NCBI GenBank assembly: GCA_965112735.1
Contig: OZ218950.1
Coordinates: forward strand, 124,001-188,000
Reading direction: 5' to 3'
Length of the DNA stretch: 64,000 nucleotides
Source: Phaeosaccion multiseriatum
Lineage: Eukaryota; Protista; Ochrophyta, other classes
Made by a program: the position numbers and the translations under genes. The notes beneath the pieces were generated by a model that was given only the letters and a program-made list of their open reading frames with translations, had not been told where the DNA came from and made no database searches. How positions within the stretch are numbered: the first letter of the stretch is position 1; each line of letters opens with the position of its first letter. Of this stretch, positions 11,730 to 24,329 are shown one piece after another.

Positions 11730-14300
11730 ATTCTCCTCCTCCTGTCGCTGCTTTTCCTGCTCCTGTTGCTGCCTCAAAAGAGCCTGCTGCTCCTGCTGCT
11801 GCTGGTGGTACTCCTGCCATAGCTTCTCTTGCTGTTGCCTCTGCCTCTCGGCCTTCTCCTGCTCCTCCCGCAGCCGCTGCTGCTCCTGCTGTTTCCTCTG
11901 CTGCTCCAATGCCTCCTTCCTCTTCTGCTGCTGCCGCGCCAGTCGCTGCGTTTTCTTCTCCTCCTCCGCCTTCTTCTTACTCGCTGCGTCGCTGATCTTC
12001 TGGGTGAGCGCTGCCGCTATCGCCGCCGCTGTTGCCTTTGGACACTCTACGGCGGCGGCTGCTGCTGCTCCTGCTGCTGCAGCTGCCTCCAAAAGCTCGG
12101 GTGGTGCCTCTGGAGGGAGGGGCGGCTGTGGGGGTAGAGCTTCTTGGCTATCGGAGGGGAGGGGTGGGAGAGGAGTGGAGGGGAGGGGCGGAAGAGGAGT
12201 GGAGGGGAGAGGCGGGAGAGGAGGAGGAGGAGGAGGAGGTGCAGGCGTCGAATGTGCATTTGCCGCTCCCGCATCGTCCTCTGGCGGTAGCGGCGGTAGA
12301 GGAGGGGGCAATGGGGGGGGTGTCGACGCTGCTGCCGTATCACCAACTGGTGTCGATGATGGAAGTGGCGGCGCCTCGTCGTGAGCGACTGATGCACCTG
12401 CAGTAGGCGGCTCTGTTTCCGAGGGCCCATTGTCGGCCCCAAGGCTCACAGCTGCTGCCTCCGATGGCCGCCCCTGCCACCTCGTCCGCTTGGCCTTGCG
12501 CGCCAAGTGGGATGCCTGGTCCCCCCCCCCGGCGCCTGTCTTGCCGTCCTTCTCCCCCGTAGGTCTCTCCTGTTCTCCATGCCCCTCTTCCTTCTTGCTC
12601 TCCCCACTGCCCACTGCTGCTGCGGTTGGCTCCTCCAGCACAGAAGAAGCCGCCGTACCGCCTTTTCCGCTGCGCTGCTGCTCGTCCTCCTCACCGTCCC
12701 TTCCCTCCTGATGGGCCTGATGGGCCGTCGCCTGGCCCTCAGTACCCTCCGAGGCTTCTCCCATTACCGCCACAGCAGGTGCAGCACTTGGTGATGCAGC
12801 ACCGGGAGGCAGAGAGTCCAGCGCATCCGCCGGGCGGCCCTGCCATCTCGTCCTCTTCGCCTTTCGTTGTTCCTGTCCTTGCGCCGCCTCCCCCTCCCCC
12901 CCCCCCTCCTCCTCCCTCTCTGCCTCGCCCCCCCCGCCAATGCCCGCCCCTGTCAGCTCTGTTGCTGCTGCTGCTGCTGCTGTCTCAGGAGAGGACGCCA
13001 AGTCTTGTTGCCCCCCCCCTGGCTTGCCCCTTCCCCTCTTCCCGCTGCCCCTTCTCGACTCTTCCTCCATGTGTGCCTCCTCTTCTGCTGAGGACGGTTT
13101 GTTGGACACCTTGGTGCCACTGTCTCTGGGCTTCCTCCTACTGCTTGTCCTACTATTGCTGCTGCTGCTGCTGCTGCTGCCGCTGCTTCTCTTACTCTCG
13201 CTAGACTTCGCCTCCTTCCCCTCCTTGTCCACGCCCTCGTCTTCCACCCGACCACCAGCACCACGGGCGGGAAGCGACGGTCCGTCCTCACGCCCTCCAG
13301 GAAACTTCGCCGCATCGGTGCCTCGCCTGCCCCGTTTGGTACCCTTCGCCTTCCTCGCCCCCTCCTCCTGCTCCTCCTGCTCCGACATTTCGTTCTCCTT
13401 TTCCCCCCTCTTCTTCCGTGCACTCCCCCCCATGCCTGCCGGTGCTGCTTCTGATGCGGTTGCGGGCGTGTCCTCTCCATCTGTGCCACTCGCCCTACCG
13501 CCCTTTGCGCTGCGCTGCTCCTCCTCGTCCCCCCCCCCCCCCTGATGGGCGTCAGCCTGGCCCTCAGCCTGGTCGTCCGCATGGTCTTCCTCCAATGCCG
13601 CCACAGTACATGCAGGAGTTGGTGATACAGCAGCAACAGCAGCAGTAGCAGTAGCAGGAGGAGAGGGAGGCGCAGGAGGGGGGGGAGGCGCTGACTCCGA
13701 GTCCAGGCCCTCGCCACCGGCAGCAGTTGGTGATACAGCATCGGCTCGTGGCCGGCCCCGCTTCGTGCCTTTGGCCTTGCTCCGGCCCTTGCCATCAACA
13801 GCAGGCTGCTTTGGGGCGCTGAGTCTCCTCTGCTTCGTCTTCGTTTCCATCTTCGTCTTTGTTCCTGCCCCTGTCTCAAGCGCCGCCTCCTTCGTGGCGG
13901 CGGTGGCATTCGATGCAGCAGCAGCAGTTGGTGATACAACAGACGCTGCCCTCACCCCCGCATCTCTATCCGCCTTGGCTCGAGCCCTCAAGGCCCGAGC
14001 GTGCGCAAGAGCCTCTGCGGCATGCTTGGCCTTGGCCTGAGCGGCTCTGACTGCGGCTTCGGCCTCGGCCGCGGCAGAGGTGATGGCGGCCATGGTCGCG
14101 TCATCAAGACCGTCGCCCCCCGCGGCCCCCTCCCCATCTTCTGCACCCCCTTGGGCGCCGACTGCTGCAGCTCCGGCAGCCACGGCCTCCGGGCGGGCCG
14201 CAGGGTCTTGTAGTGCCGCCAGAGCGAGGGCGGTGGCAGCCTCGGTATCAGCCCCTCCACCCCCTCCCCCCGCCGCCTGCTCCTGCTCCTCCTCCTCCTC

Positions 14301-14341
<41 letters not shown>

Positions 14342-17300
14342 AAGAGGAGGCCGAGGCGGCGGAGACTCGGGCAGCAAGTTCAGCGGCATACGCCCCCGCG
14401 CCAACAGCAGCTCTTCCAGACACGGCCGCATCGGCAGCGGTAGCAGCAGCAGTTGGTGATACAGCAGCACCGTGGGCTCCATAGACTCCGAAGGCCCCAT
14501 AGGCAGGGTCGTACCCCTGCCCCTGCCCCTGAGCAGCCATGTTATTCATCATCTCCTCCTGACCCCCCACATACTGCTGCTCGTACTGCCCGTCCGTGTT
14601 GGGGTAGGACATGACCGTGCTGGAGCGAGAGAGGTCCACCCCCTGGGCGTCTACCTCGTCCAACCGCAGCCGCTTGGCATGGGGCATGGTGTAGTGCTCT
14701 GGGTAGTTGAGGTGCAGCACTGGTTCCCCCACCTCGTCGTCCACCCCCCCCTCCTCCCCCCCTCCCCCCCCACGCCGCCCGCCGTCCTCTCTTGCATCGG
14801 CGTCTTGCGGAGCAGCAGCAGCTTGTTCGTTTTGCCACAGCTCCCCTCCCTCCTCCCCCTGCTCTCCCTGCAGCCCCTCTCCGGTCCCTCCATACCCCTC
14901 CTCTCCTCCTGCCCCTCCCCCCTCGTCTCCTCCTTCCCCTGGCGCAGCGAGTGGCTTGGCCAGCTGGTGCGGCTGAGGCGTCTGAATAACCCCCCTGGCC
15001 TGGAGCATGGCCACCACTGCGTCCTGGTCAGCTCGCATCCCTGCCTCCCGAGCCACGGGGTTGGGGTCGTCGTATGCCCACCTGCACACACACACACACA
15101 CACACACAGGGCCGGACAAGGTCAGGGTCTCGGCTGCCCACTCACAGAGGCGACTTTTTTTGACATGGGGCAGGGAGAGCGGGTGGTAAACACGAAAATG
15201 AACGCCATCTGTGAGCGAGAAAGTTCCATGCCATGCTGGACCACACACAGACGCAAATCTTAGGTTGATTCCTATGAGTCAATCATAACAAGGTGGGCAT
15301 GCTCTCCGCTTGCTTGCGCTCCTCCCTTCACACTTGTCTCTTTCAAGCCCTCCCTCCTTCCTTCCTTCCTTCCTTCCTTCCATCCCTTTCTGCCCACCCC
15401 CTCTCCTCCTGTACCTTATATTGAGCACCTCCTTATCGCTCTCCCCGTCGATGCTCTGATTGGCCATGGCTTCCCTCGCGAACTCCGCGCTGGCCCGCAT
15501 GCGGTAGCGCACAAAGGCAATGCTCTTCCTGTGAATCACATTAATGTTCTCGACCTCTCCCCACTCCCCAAAGTGCTTCCACATGGCCTCGTCAAGGTCG
15601 GCAGGGGTGGGAAATCTCGACCTCGATATGCTGCCCACGTACAGAGTGCGGCTCGGGTTGGTGAAGCTGCCAACGCCCGACATGTCCTAGGGGGTATAGT
15701 CAGTATGGCAATGGAGGATACTGGTATGGGTACGTATGTATGCATGTATGCTTGCATGCCTGCCCCAAGGATACAGTCATCATCATCATCATCATCATCA
15801 TCATCACGGCGCTCCTCCTTGAAAACTCACCCACCCACTCCCTCACTGACTCACATCCTTGTTGTCCTTGTGCCTCTCTCTGCTGAAGCAGTCCTTGAGC
15901 TGGTCATGCACCGCGTCGTCAGTCGGCACGGGCACCCTGTGGAAGAAGTGGCAGTCCTCCCCCCTGGCGCAAAAGCCGCGTGCGAAGTGGATGCAAAAGT
16001 AGCTCGCGTTGGTGTTGACGTAGTCGGCCTTCGTCCGGCCTAAAGGGGCAATGGAGAGGACAGGGGCAGGGGCAACGCACGGCCGACGAGGGGGGAGGGA
16101 GGGAGGGAGGGAGGGGAGGAGGGAGAAGGCATGAGAAAAAGGAGACAAATCGACCCATAACGCCACCCAGAGAGACATCCGCCAGACGACAGACATGGAC
16201 ATAGGCCCACTCGAGAGGCCCATTCGAGAGGCCCACTCAGACCCACTCAGGCCCACTCACTCACCTGCGTCCGTCTCGAGGCAGCAGCGCGACTCAGCCT
16301 TGTCCTTCCCCCTGTGATAGCTCCAATGGTCCCCTAGGTGCTTGCCGTACCAGATGTTGTACTCGCCCGCCCCCTCCAGGATGCTGCGGCTCTTGTCCTC
16401 AATGTGCGCCTTCTGCTTACGGGCAGAGCGCTCCAGGAACTTGTTGTTGCGCTCAATGTAGAAGTCAGAGGAGACTTGAGTTGGGCATGGTTGGCATGGT
16501 TGGGCGTGTTTGAAGACGGGTCAAGGGATAGTTAGGGTTAGTAAGGGTGGCGTGCGAGAGGAAAGGGGAGGGGCACACGCAACATGTAGAAAAGAGGGAG
16601 GGAAGGAGGTCAGTTCGCCGCCTGCAAACATTGCCCCAAGAGCTCAAGACGAAGCCAAGCTCTCTCTCTCTCTCAGCGCGGTCAGTGCCATCCAGTGCCA
16701 TCCATTCCACCTGTTTGGGGGTGGTATTGTCCCCCCCCTCGCCCCCCAAGTCCATCCACCTACCTGCGTAGGGGCCGGACGCGCCTCTCCCGTACCATCC
16801 CGAGGCGTGAGGAGCCGCGCCCATCTCCTTCGGCCTGTCCCATACCGACTCCTGCGTCACAGAGTTAAAGTAGTACATGTGCTGGCTAGCAGGGTCCAGG
16901 GCTTCCCTCCAGGGGCAGGCGGGCGCCCCGTGCACGGCTGCTTGGAAGGCCGGATCCATGACAAAGTCCCCGCCCTGGTCGCCTTTGCGTTCCTTGCAGC
17001 GGTAGCAGCGCTACAGGGGAGAGCGAGAGGGGGTAGAGGAGCGAGCGAGAGAGGGCGGGGGTGGGGGGGTTGGGCGTGTGCGAGTGGGCGGAGGAAGAGC
17101 ACAGCAGTAGTGTGTCACCCTGGCCCCACTGCGTCACCACGCCTGTGTGTGCTCTGCCCATTTTTGCACTCACCGTCCTCCTGGCGAGGTTCTCGTTGCC
17201 GCACTCCTTACAGCGCCAGTTCCTCTCGAACACGGTGAAGCTCTGCCCCACCTCTCCGACCGTCCCCACCGGAGTCATGTCCCTTGTTGGTCCATCCCAG

Positions 17301-17409
17301 CCATTCGCCTCCCAGCCAGCCTGTTCCTGTGCTGTCGCTCCGTCTGCCTCCGTCTGCTGCCTTCCCTCCCAGGCCGCCATGGCGTGACCGGCAGCGCCGT
17401 TGGCCCATC

Positions 17410-17440
<31 letters not shown>

Positions 17441-17455
17441 GTGGTCTGCTGGCAT
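11079..17455 (-). CDS. CWC2: Pre-mRNA splicing factor Cwc2/Cwf2 (CCCH + RRM) with extra RanBP2 zinc finger, two WW domains and a long low-complexity tail; ~6 exons
   Basis: Spliced WRCKECGNENLARRT|RCYRC (RanBP2 ZF), WW PWREALDP..YYFNSVTQESVWDRP, EYNIWYGK, GRTKAD..FCIHFARGFCARGEDCHFFHRVP, DMSGVGSF..RTLYVG (RRM), AEFAREAMANQS..LNIR|WAYDDPNP, and C-terminal WW KWKAVVD..YYYNKKTRETTWTKP. Confidence 0.9.
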
Positions 17456-18092
17456 GATGGTTCTCTCCTCCGCCCGCGGCTACGACGATGAGTGGGGTTC
17501 ACCACAGGCGGAACGAGTAGCGCGCCCCCCCTCCAAGTGTCCTACCGCACTGCGCACCTGGGCATCTGGGAAGCAGCGGCAGCAAGAGTATAGTAGTAGC
17601 AGTAGCAGCAGCAGCAGCAGCAGCAGCAGCAAGTGTGAGGACGAGAGGGGGGGCGTTCAAGGGGAGCGGCTTCAGGGCTTGGCAGAGTATCTTTAATTTT
17701 CCCTTGTTAAGCACCGGCTCTGCAGAAGAGAGGAGGTCTCCACCCAGATGACGCTTGTGAGACTCACCACCGCTTATGGCCTTATCCCCGTGATACTTCC
17801 CTTTTCTCTCTCTCTACAATGAACAGCTTGCTGCGGGGGGCGGGGTACATTAGAGGCATATCGGCAGGATTCCCCCCCACCCAGCCTTTCCCTCCTTTTT
17901 CCTTTTCATCTCCCCTCATTTCCACTTGTATCATATATCTTTGGCTGGTGTCGCAGGAGAGGGAACGGGGTGGGAATTCATGCAGGAGAGGAGAGAAGTT
18001 TCCCTCCCTCAATGATGCGGGAGAAGGCTTAGTTTGAGAGCGAAGGAAGCAAGCTCTCTCTCCCCCTCCATCGCTTCACTTGCAGGGCCATC

Positions 18093-20346
18093 ATGTCACA
18101 AGCGCATACCGCTATCGATGACATCATGGCCATGCACGACGGTGAGGAGGGGGAGGAGGGCGGGGACAGACTGCTGGGCGGAGGAGGCAGCAACAACAAC
18201 AAAGGGGCCTATGCCTGGGAGAAGGGCTTCGATCGGACTTGGGAGGACCTGCGGGAAGACGAGTACGGAAACTTGCAGGTGGATAGTGAGCAGCAGCAGC
18301 TGCTGAGCAGGGCGCGGAGAGGGAGGGCGCTTGAGGGGAGGGCCATCAAGAGGGGCATGATCCGCTACCTGTACCTGGCCATAGACCTCAGTAAAGCGAT
18401 GGGGGAGACGGACATACGGCCCAACAGGTAGGTAGGAAAGTATGTGGGTAAGTAGGCTGTGTGTCGAGCTGAGCATCCGTCAGGGAGAGGGGGTGGGGGG
18501 GGGGGATATTCATTGAGGCTGAGGCGTCCTTCCCTTCCCGCTCACTCACTCGCTCCCATCTGGATGCCACGACTGAACGTGCGCCCCTCTGCGTCTCGGC
18601 TCCTTGTCTGTCTGTCTGCCTGTCTGTCTGCCTGCCTGTCTCTCCCCACCCCCCCTGGCCCGCCTTCGTGTCCCCTCCCTCTCACTCGGGCCTGTCTATC
18701 TACTGCTCTGCCTGATGTGCAGACTGGCGGCGACTTTGAAGGTGGTATCGTCGTTTGTAGAGGCCTACTTTGACCAGAACCCGCTGAGTCAGCTCGGCAT
18801 CATCGTCACTAGCGAGGGCATCGCAGAGGTGGTGACTGAGCTCTCCGGTAATCCCAAGGCACACATTGAGGCTCTCAAAAAAGTCATGAGCTCTAAGGTA
18901 GGTAGGGCAGGGTGGGGTAGGGAAGACGAGGCTTGCAGGGTAGGGTAGGGTAGGGCAGGGTAGGGTAGGGTAGGGTAGGACGAGAATTACAGGGTAGGGT
19001 CGGCCGAGGATTGCTCGGGCGGCTCGGGGCGGCAACGGAGCTCGACATGGTGCAGATGGCGTGGGACTTTTGCCTGCTTGTCTGCTGGCCTTGACGTTGG
19101 GAGGAGCTGTGCTGTTCTGTATTGCGTCGCCCTTCTGCTCTCCTCTCTTTCTCTCCCGCCCTCTCTGACTCTCTCTCTCCCTCCTCCCTCCCTCCCTCCC
19201 TCCCTCCCTCCCTCCCTCCCTCCTTCCCTCCTTCCCTCCCTCTCTCCCTCCCCTCTCGTATCTTTGTTCGACACAAAACCTCCTATGTCACTGAACAATA
19301 ACACAGGGCAACGCCTCCCTCCAAAACCTGCTGGACCTTGCCGTGGCCTCCTTGGAAGCGGCTCCCGAGTACGGAAACCGCGAGTTGGTGATAGTGTACG
19401 CCAGCCTGAGCACGTGTGACCCCGGGGACGTCAACGCCTCCATTGCTAAGGTTAAGGCCAGCCACATTAGAGCCAGCGTGGTGGGTCTAGGGGCGGAGCT
19501 GTTTGTGTGCAAGAAATTAGCGGAGGAGACGAGGGGGGATTATATCGTTGCGCTGGACGAGAGGCACTTTCGAGACTCGGTGATGGCGCACATTACACCC
19601 CCACCGAGGCTCATCACGGGCCAAGTGGATGCCTTTGCTGACTTAATGCAGGTAGGGGGGGGGGGGGGGGTCTGGCTAGGGTTGGGGTCGGGTGGGGAAG
19701 GACGGCGGCGTTGTGGAGAGATGGAGGGAGGAGAAGGGCTATGGATGGATGGAAAGGGAGGGGCAGAGGGTGGGGGACACTGCTCCGCACGGAACCCAAC
19801 GAAGCGTCTTGCTTGCTCCAGCTTCCGACCTCCCCTGTTGGTCTCTACCACCCCCCCCCCCCTTGCTCTATCTGTCTTGCTGGGCCCTGTCCTTGCTGCT
19901 CACTCACAGATGGGCTTCCCGAAGCGCCAGGACCTCTACCCGTCTCTGGGCTACAGCGGCACGCAGCAGACGCTCACCCCAACAGGCTACCACTGCCCCA
20001 GATGCAAAACCAAGACCACGGACCTGCCAAGCACATGCAACATATGCTCCTTGCAACTGGCGTCCTCCCCACACCTTGCCAGGTCGTATCACCACCTCTT
20101 CCCCGTGCCTGTCTTCGCCGAGGTGAGCCTCACCGGAGCAGCAGCAGGGCAGGGGGGGGGGGGGGCGTCAAGGGCGAGGAGGGACAGGAGGAGGGAGACG
20201 GAGGAGCGAGGAAGTCGTGCAGCGGTTGCCTCAAGATGCTGGCCACGGGGGCGCGCTTCCGCTGTCCTCGCTGCGCAGAGGTGTTCTGCCTTGCGTGCGA
20301 CATGTACATTCACGACAGCCTGCACAACTGCCCAGGCTGCTGCTGA
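18093..20346 (+). CDS. GTF2H2: TFIIH p44 subunit (Ssl1), 4-5 exons
   Basis: [34 protein letters not shown]...[55 protein letters not shown], and C-terminal [20 protein letters not shown]. The frame change near the G-run 20152-20165 is either an indel or a 65-nt intron (20123-20187). Confidence 0.95.
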
Positions 20347-21029
20347 CAGGGGCCAGCATTCATTCTAGTGAGACTGTACATTCGCACCCGCGTCGGTGTG
20401 CACTTAAAGACATGCGAGTTCACGTTTCAATCTTCAATCGCGTGCAAAAAAGTGCGCGTGTCAAGTCGAAAGCCGGTCATGGTCTCCGACGGCGACGGTT
20501 TCAGATAATTTGGCCCGGGCTACAGTATTTATAGCGCTTAGCGATACCTCTTGCTGCCTGCTATAAGCTCAGCAGCACGACTAGAGAAAGCCTTGCCGAA
20601 GCCTTGAGCCCCACCTCCCTACTGCAGAAAAGACTCATCCGAAGGCCTCCAGGGTGGGTGAGAGAGAGGGGCCGTCGAGCGAGAGGGTTGACGCGGCCCG
20701 CGGCGGGAGAGAGCCTGCTGCGTGAAAAGGGAACAACCTTGCGGCCCACAGTGCGAACGAGGCCCCAGGCCTCTCTTGGGCACGCCCGCACAGGTACGTA
20801 GGGCGAGGGGCGAGCCTGCCGCTGTAGGGTAGTGCGTGATTTGCTGCCCGGCTTTGCTCTTGTCAGTCTGCTCCATGTGCTTCATCTCTCGCCCCTTGCG
20901 TCAGCCAAACTCACAAGTCAAGCTCTTCTCTCTGTGTCATTTCCCCCCTTTCCCTCTGTCTACGCGCCGCGCTTCCTCCCCCCTTCTCTCTTTGCTGTAA
21001 CGGCGAAACATCAGCGCAGAGCCCTTGCA

Positions 21030-23132
21030 ATGGCACAATCACGATGGTCAGGAGGAGGAGTCGTCCCTTCTCTTGTTGTGGCAGCAGTCCTTCTGTGCAG
21101 CGCCCTTCCAATTGCACAAGCCGGGTTCCCTGTTGCAAAGTCGTCAGAGTACACATCCGATGACTTTATAACCTACGGCACTGAGTTGGGCTTGGCTACG
21201 GGGGGGATGGGTCTCGGCATCTCGGCAGTGTTTGGTCTCATCATGTTCATCAGCATGATTGTGTGCTGCTGCCGCTGCTGCCGCCTGAGGAACGACGACC
21301 TCGCGGCCGCCAACCTCAGCGACAAGGGTGACCCGGAGCTGGCCCAGAGTAACGAGACCGTGTCGAAGCACAAAAAGATTCTGTGGATCTCCTCCCTCTT
21401 CATCTTCCTCGGGTACATTGCCTGCGCCGCGACGGCCTACAGCAGCGTGTCCGCCACCGACGACACCTTCCTCTCCATCTACGAGGGCACCGACGCCTTC
21501 ATGGTGGAGCTCAACGATGCTCTCTGCACCAACGAAGACGAACAAACGGGCACTACCTCCACCAACAACTGCGAGGACGGGTCCGTGGGCTACTACTTCT
21601 ACGAGCTTGTGGACACGTTTGTTGTGTACGTGGATGAGGTACTGGAATTTACAGAGACCGTAGACGACCCGCTGGAGTGGGTGGGTACCAACGTCACAAG
21701 GGCTGCGGAGAGCCTAGCTCGCAGCGTCGTCATCCTTCAGAACATCAACAACTCCATCGTCACCATCAATCAGGCCTCAGAGGACGCGGCCGTGACCGGC
21801 TTCGACCTGGATCTGACCTATGTGAGCTCTGACCAGGCAGGGCAGCTAGACACCGCCTCTGACAACCTCGACGGCGTGGGGGACAACGTGGACGAGGTGC
21901 TCTCGGCCCTCACTGATGCCATCGACACAGAGGTTATCACGGAGCAGGCCGACAACGTCACCACGCTCATGTACGACCTCGTGCAGGACCTGTACGGGGT
22001 GACAGAGGACATCACCACCGCCAGGAATGGAGGGCTTGTTGACGCTCACGACGCAATTGAGTCCAACCTCGCCCTGGCTTCCGTCATCACAGGGGCCGTC
22101 ATCTTCCTGCCCGCGGTGTTCCTCTTTCTCTTCGCTGCGCTGTCAGTGCTGTGCCGCTCCGCCAAGCCCTTCTACGGCAACATGGGCTTCGTCTTCTTCG
22201 CACAGGGCACCTACGCCTTCATCGGGGGCTTTTTCCTGGTGCTCTACACTCTGCTCAGCGACACGTGCGACGTGCACCGCGACCTCATCACCGTCAATCT
22301 CGAAGGGGAAACCTTGAGCGTGGAGTCCGTGACATCCAACGACCTCGCCATGGCCACTCTGGCCATCCTGGACTGCGACGGGGAACCTGGCGACACGCCG
22401 GACTCGACTAATAACCTTGTTGACATCATGGGCATCGGAGACATCTTCAACATTACTGAGTACCTCTCGCCCATTTCAGAAGTTCTCGTGGAGGTGGCCG
22501 ATGCCGTTTCAGATAACATGGGCGACCTGACCTCCGCGCAGGACTCTCTGGACGAGCTGGACCTCTTTATCGAGCTCGACATTTCCAACGGTTTCAACCT
22601 CACCGAGTCCACCGCAGAGGTGGACGATGCAGAGGACACCGCCACGACCGGGGCAATGGACGACCTCGACACCATCCGGCAAGAGCTTGTGTACATCGAC
22701 GGCAACCTCACCCTCTTCGCGGCGGAGCAGGAGGAAATGGGCATTGTGCAGACTAACATGAACACGTCCATCGGGGTGGTGGGGTCGCGCACGGGGGGGC
22801 TCGTGGACAGCCTGCGTGTCAACCTCTGGACCATCAACGACGCAGCTATGGACGCCAACGAGTACACCATGTGCGGTTACATTGGCGACTTTTATCGTAG
22901 TGTATACACCGGTGCCATCTGTACTGACGTGACCACGGACCTGCGTGCCGTCGCCATCCCCGCCATCTTCGTGCTCGTGCTAATGTTCATCTCGTTTATG
23001 GTGCACGGATGCTTCGGGCCCTCTATGCGCAAGCGGCCCGAAGAGCTGTCCAGCGATGCGGCGACCCAAGGCTACGGCAACAAGGACAACAAGGGGGGCT
23101 ACCAGCGGCCTGTCAACCCCAATGACTTCTGA
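21030..23132 (+). CDS. Intronless 5-TM prominin/tweety-like membrane glycoprotein
   Basis: Signal peptide, TM1 followed by CCCRCC, TM2, large acidic helical loop, TM3-TM4 ending SDTC, second large loop with many NxS/T sequons, TM5. Strong coding bias. Family inferred from topology only. Confidence 0.6.
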   Translation: MAQSRWSGGGVVPSLVVAAVLLCSALPIAQAGFPVAKSSEYTSDDFITYGTELGLATGGMGLGISAVFGLIMFISMIVCCCRCCRLRNDDLAAANLSDKGDPELAQSNETVSKHKKILWISSLFIFLGYIACAATAYSSVSATDDTFLSIYEGTDAFMVELNDALCTNEDEQTGTTSTNNCEDGSVGYYFYELVDTFVVYVDEVLEFTETVDDPLEWVGTNVTRAAESLARSVVILQNINNSIVTINQASEDAAVTGFDLDLTYVSSDQAGQLDTASDNLDGVGDNVDEVLSALTDAIDTEVITEQADNVTTLMYDLVQDLYGVTEDITTARNGGLVDAHDAIESNLALASVITGAVIFLPAVFLFLFAALSVLCRSAKPFYGNMGFVFFAQGTYAFIGGFFLVLYTLLSDTCDVHRDLITVNLEGETLSVESVTSNDLAMATLAILDCDGEPGDTPDSTNNLVDIMGIGDIFNITEYLSPISEVLVEVADAVSDNMGDLTSAQDSLDELDLFIELDISNGFNLTESTAEVDDAEDTATTGAMDDLDTIRQELVYIDGNLTLFAAEQEEMGIVQTNMNTSIGVVGSRTGGLVDSLRVNLWTINDAAMDANEYTMCGYIGDFYRSVYTGAICTDVTTDLRAVAIPAIFVLVLMFISFMVHGCFGPSMRKRPEELSSDAATQGYGNKDNKGGYQRPVNPNDF

Positions 23133-24194
23133 GCCTCGTCGCCTCGCCGCCTCGTCGCCTCGCCGCCCAGCAGAGTTTGAGGCGAGTGAGCCACCCGGTC
23201 CGTCCGTCCGTCAACTTTAACTTATCCGTTGGGTGCGTCCATTCATGATTTAGCAACAGCACGAGGAGGAGGATGGGGGGGGGGGGCGTGGAGAGGGAGA
23301 GGGTGGTGGTGGCGCGGTTTCTGGGGGCGACGATGTGTGGCTGCCGGTACGGGGCCTGTCTACGGTGGGGATGGGCCCTCGGCTCACCGGAGAAGGTCAC
23401 TATTCAGTCCACACCCGAGTGAGTGTATATCGTTCATGTGATGCATACTTGTCTCTAGTATGCATGTTGTATGTCTGCATATCTGTGATTCGTTCATGTC
23501 GTTTGGAGCTCTTGGTGTGTGTGTGCGTGCGTGTGCGCCTTTCGTAGACCATAAGTCAGTAAGTGTCGTGGTAGATAAGTCAGGAAGTGTCAGTAGAGCA
23601 AGTAAGTAAGTAAGTACGTAAGTGTCGAAATATAGAGTGACGTATCATGCCTCTAGCACTCGCGCAAGTAGCCGTGCGTGCCGTGAAAGCTTCGCGTGCC
23701 GTGGTAGCTTCGCTTTCATATCCAGTCTGTCTGCAGAGACCAAGGAGGGTGGCTGCAAGCCGAGGTAGGAAAGAAGGAAAACAGGAAACAGGGGTAGCGT
23801 GGGCTCTTCGTCCAATAAATATCCTGTACAATGAGGGAGTTCGAGTTGGGTGCGATCAGCTCGCGAACCCCCTCCCCTCCTCCTCCCTTCTTTTCGAGCT
23901 CACTACTCACACAGCACCACTCTAAGCGCTTGTACAGCCCCGGCTCTAGTTGGGCTTCGCTGCCCCCTTCGACTGATGCGTGGATCTATCATACTCCTCT
24001 GCTGCCGATCCCCCTCCTCCTGTGCATCCTTCTCCTCCTCATTATGGTCGTCTTCCTCCCTCTGCGTCGCCGCTGAATGCCCCGCACAAGCTCAAAAGAG
24101 GAGCGGCCGCACGCCAGTTTCAGTTTGCTGCGACTCCGTCTGTTGCCAAGCGCCACTGTCTCCTCTCACACCGCCGAGGGCTTGCAAGTGTGGG

Positions 24195-24287
24195 GTGCTC
24201 CTTCTCTCTCCTAGCCTGCTCATGCTCTCCTTCTCTCTCCTAGCCTGCTGATGCTCTCCTTCTCTCTCCTAGCCTGCTGATGCTCCA
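24195..24287. repeat. ~29-bp tandem repeat x3
   Basis: TGCTCTCCTTCTCTCTCCTAGCCTGCTGA-like unit repeated about three times. Confidence 0.8.
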
Positions 24288-24329
24288 ACCCTTGAACCAC
24301 GCCATGCCAGGGTTCCTCTCACTCTCCTC

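Noticed and set aside
11146-14500. Numerous long antisense and alternate-frame ORFs (poly-Cys/Leu/Ser), also at 37-52 kb
   Set aside because: Shadows of GC-rich trinucleotide-repeat exons with no domain content.
20123-20187. GTF2H2 frame break suggesting a pseudogene or programmed frameshift
   Set aside because: Essential conserved gene. Explained by a G-homopolymer error or a short intron that restores the frame.
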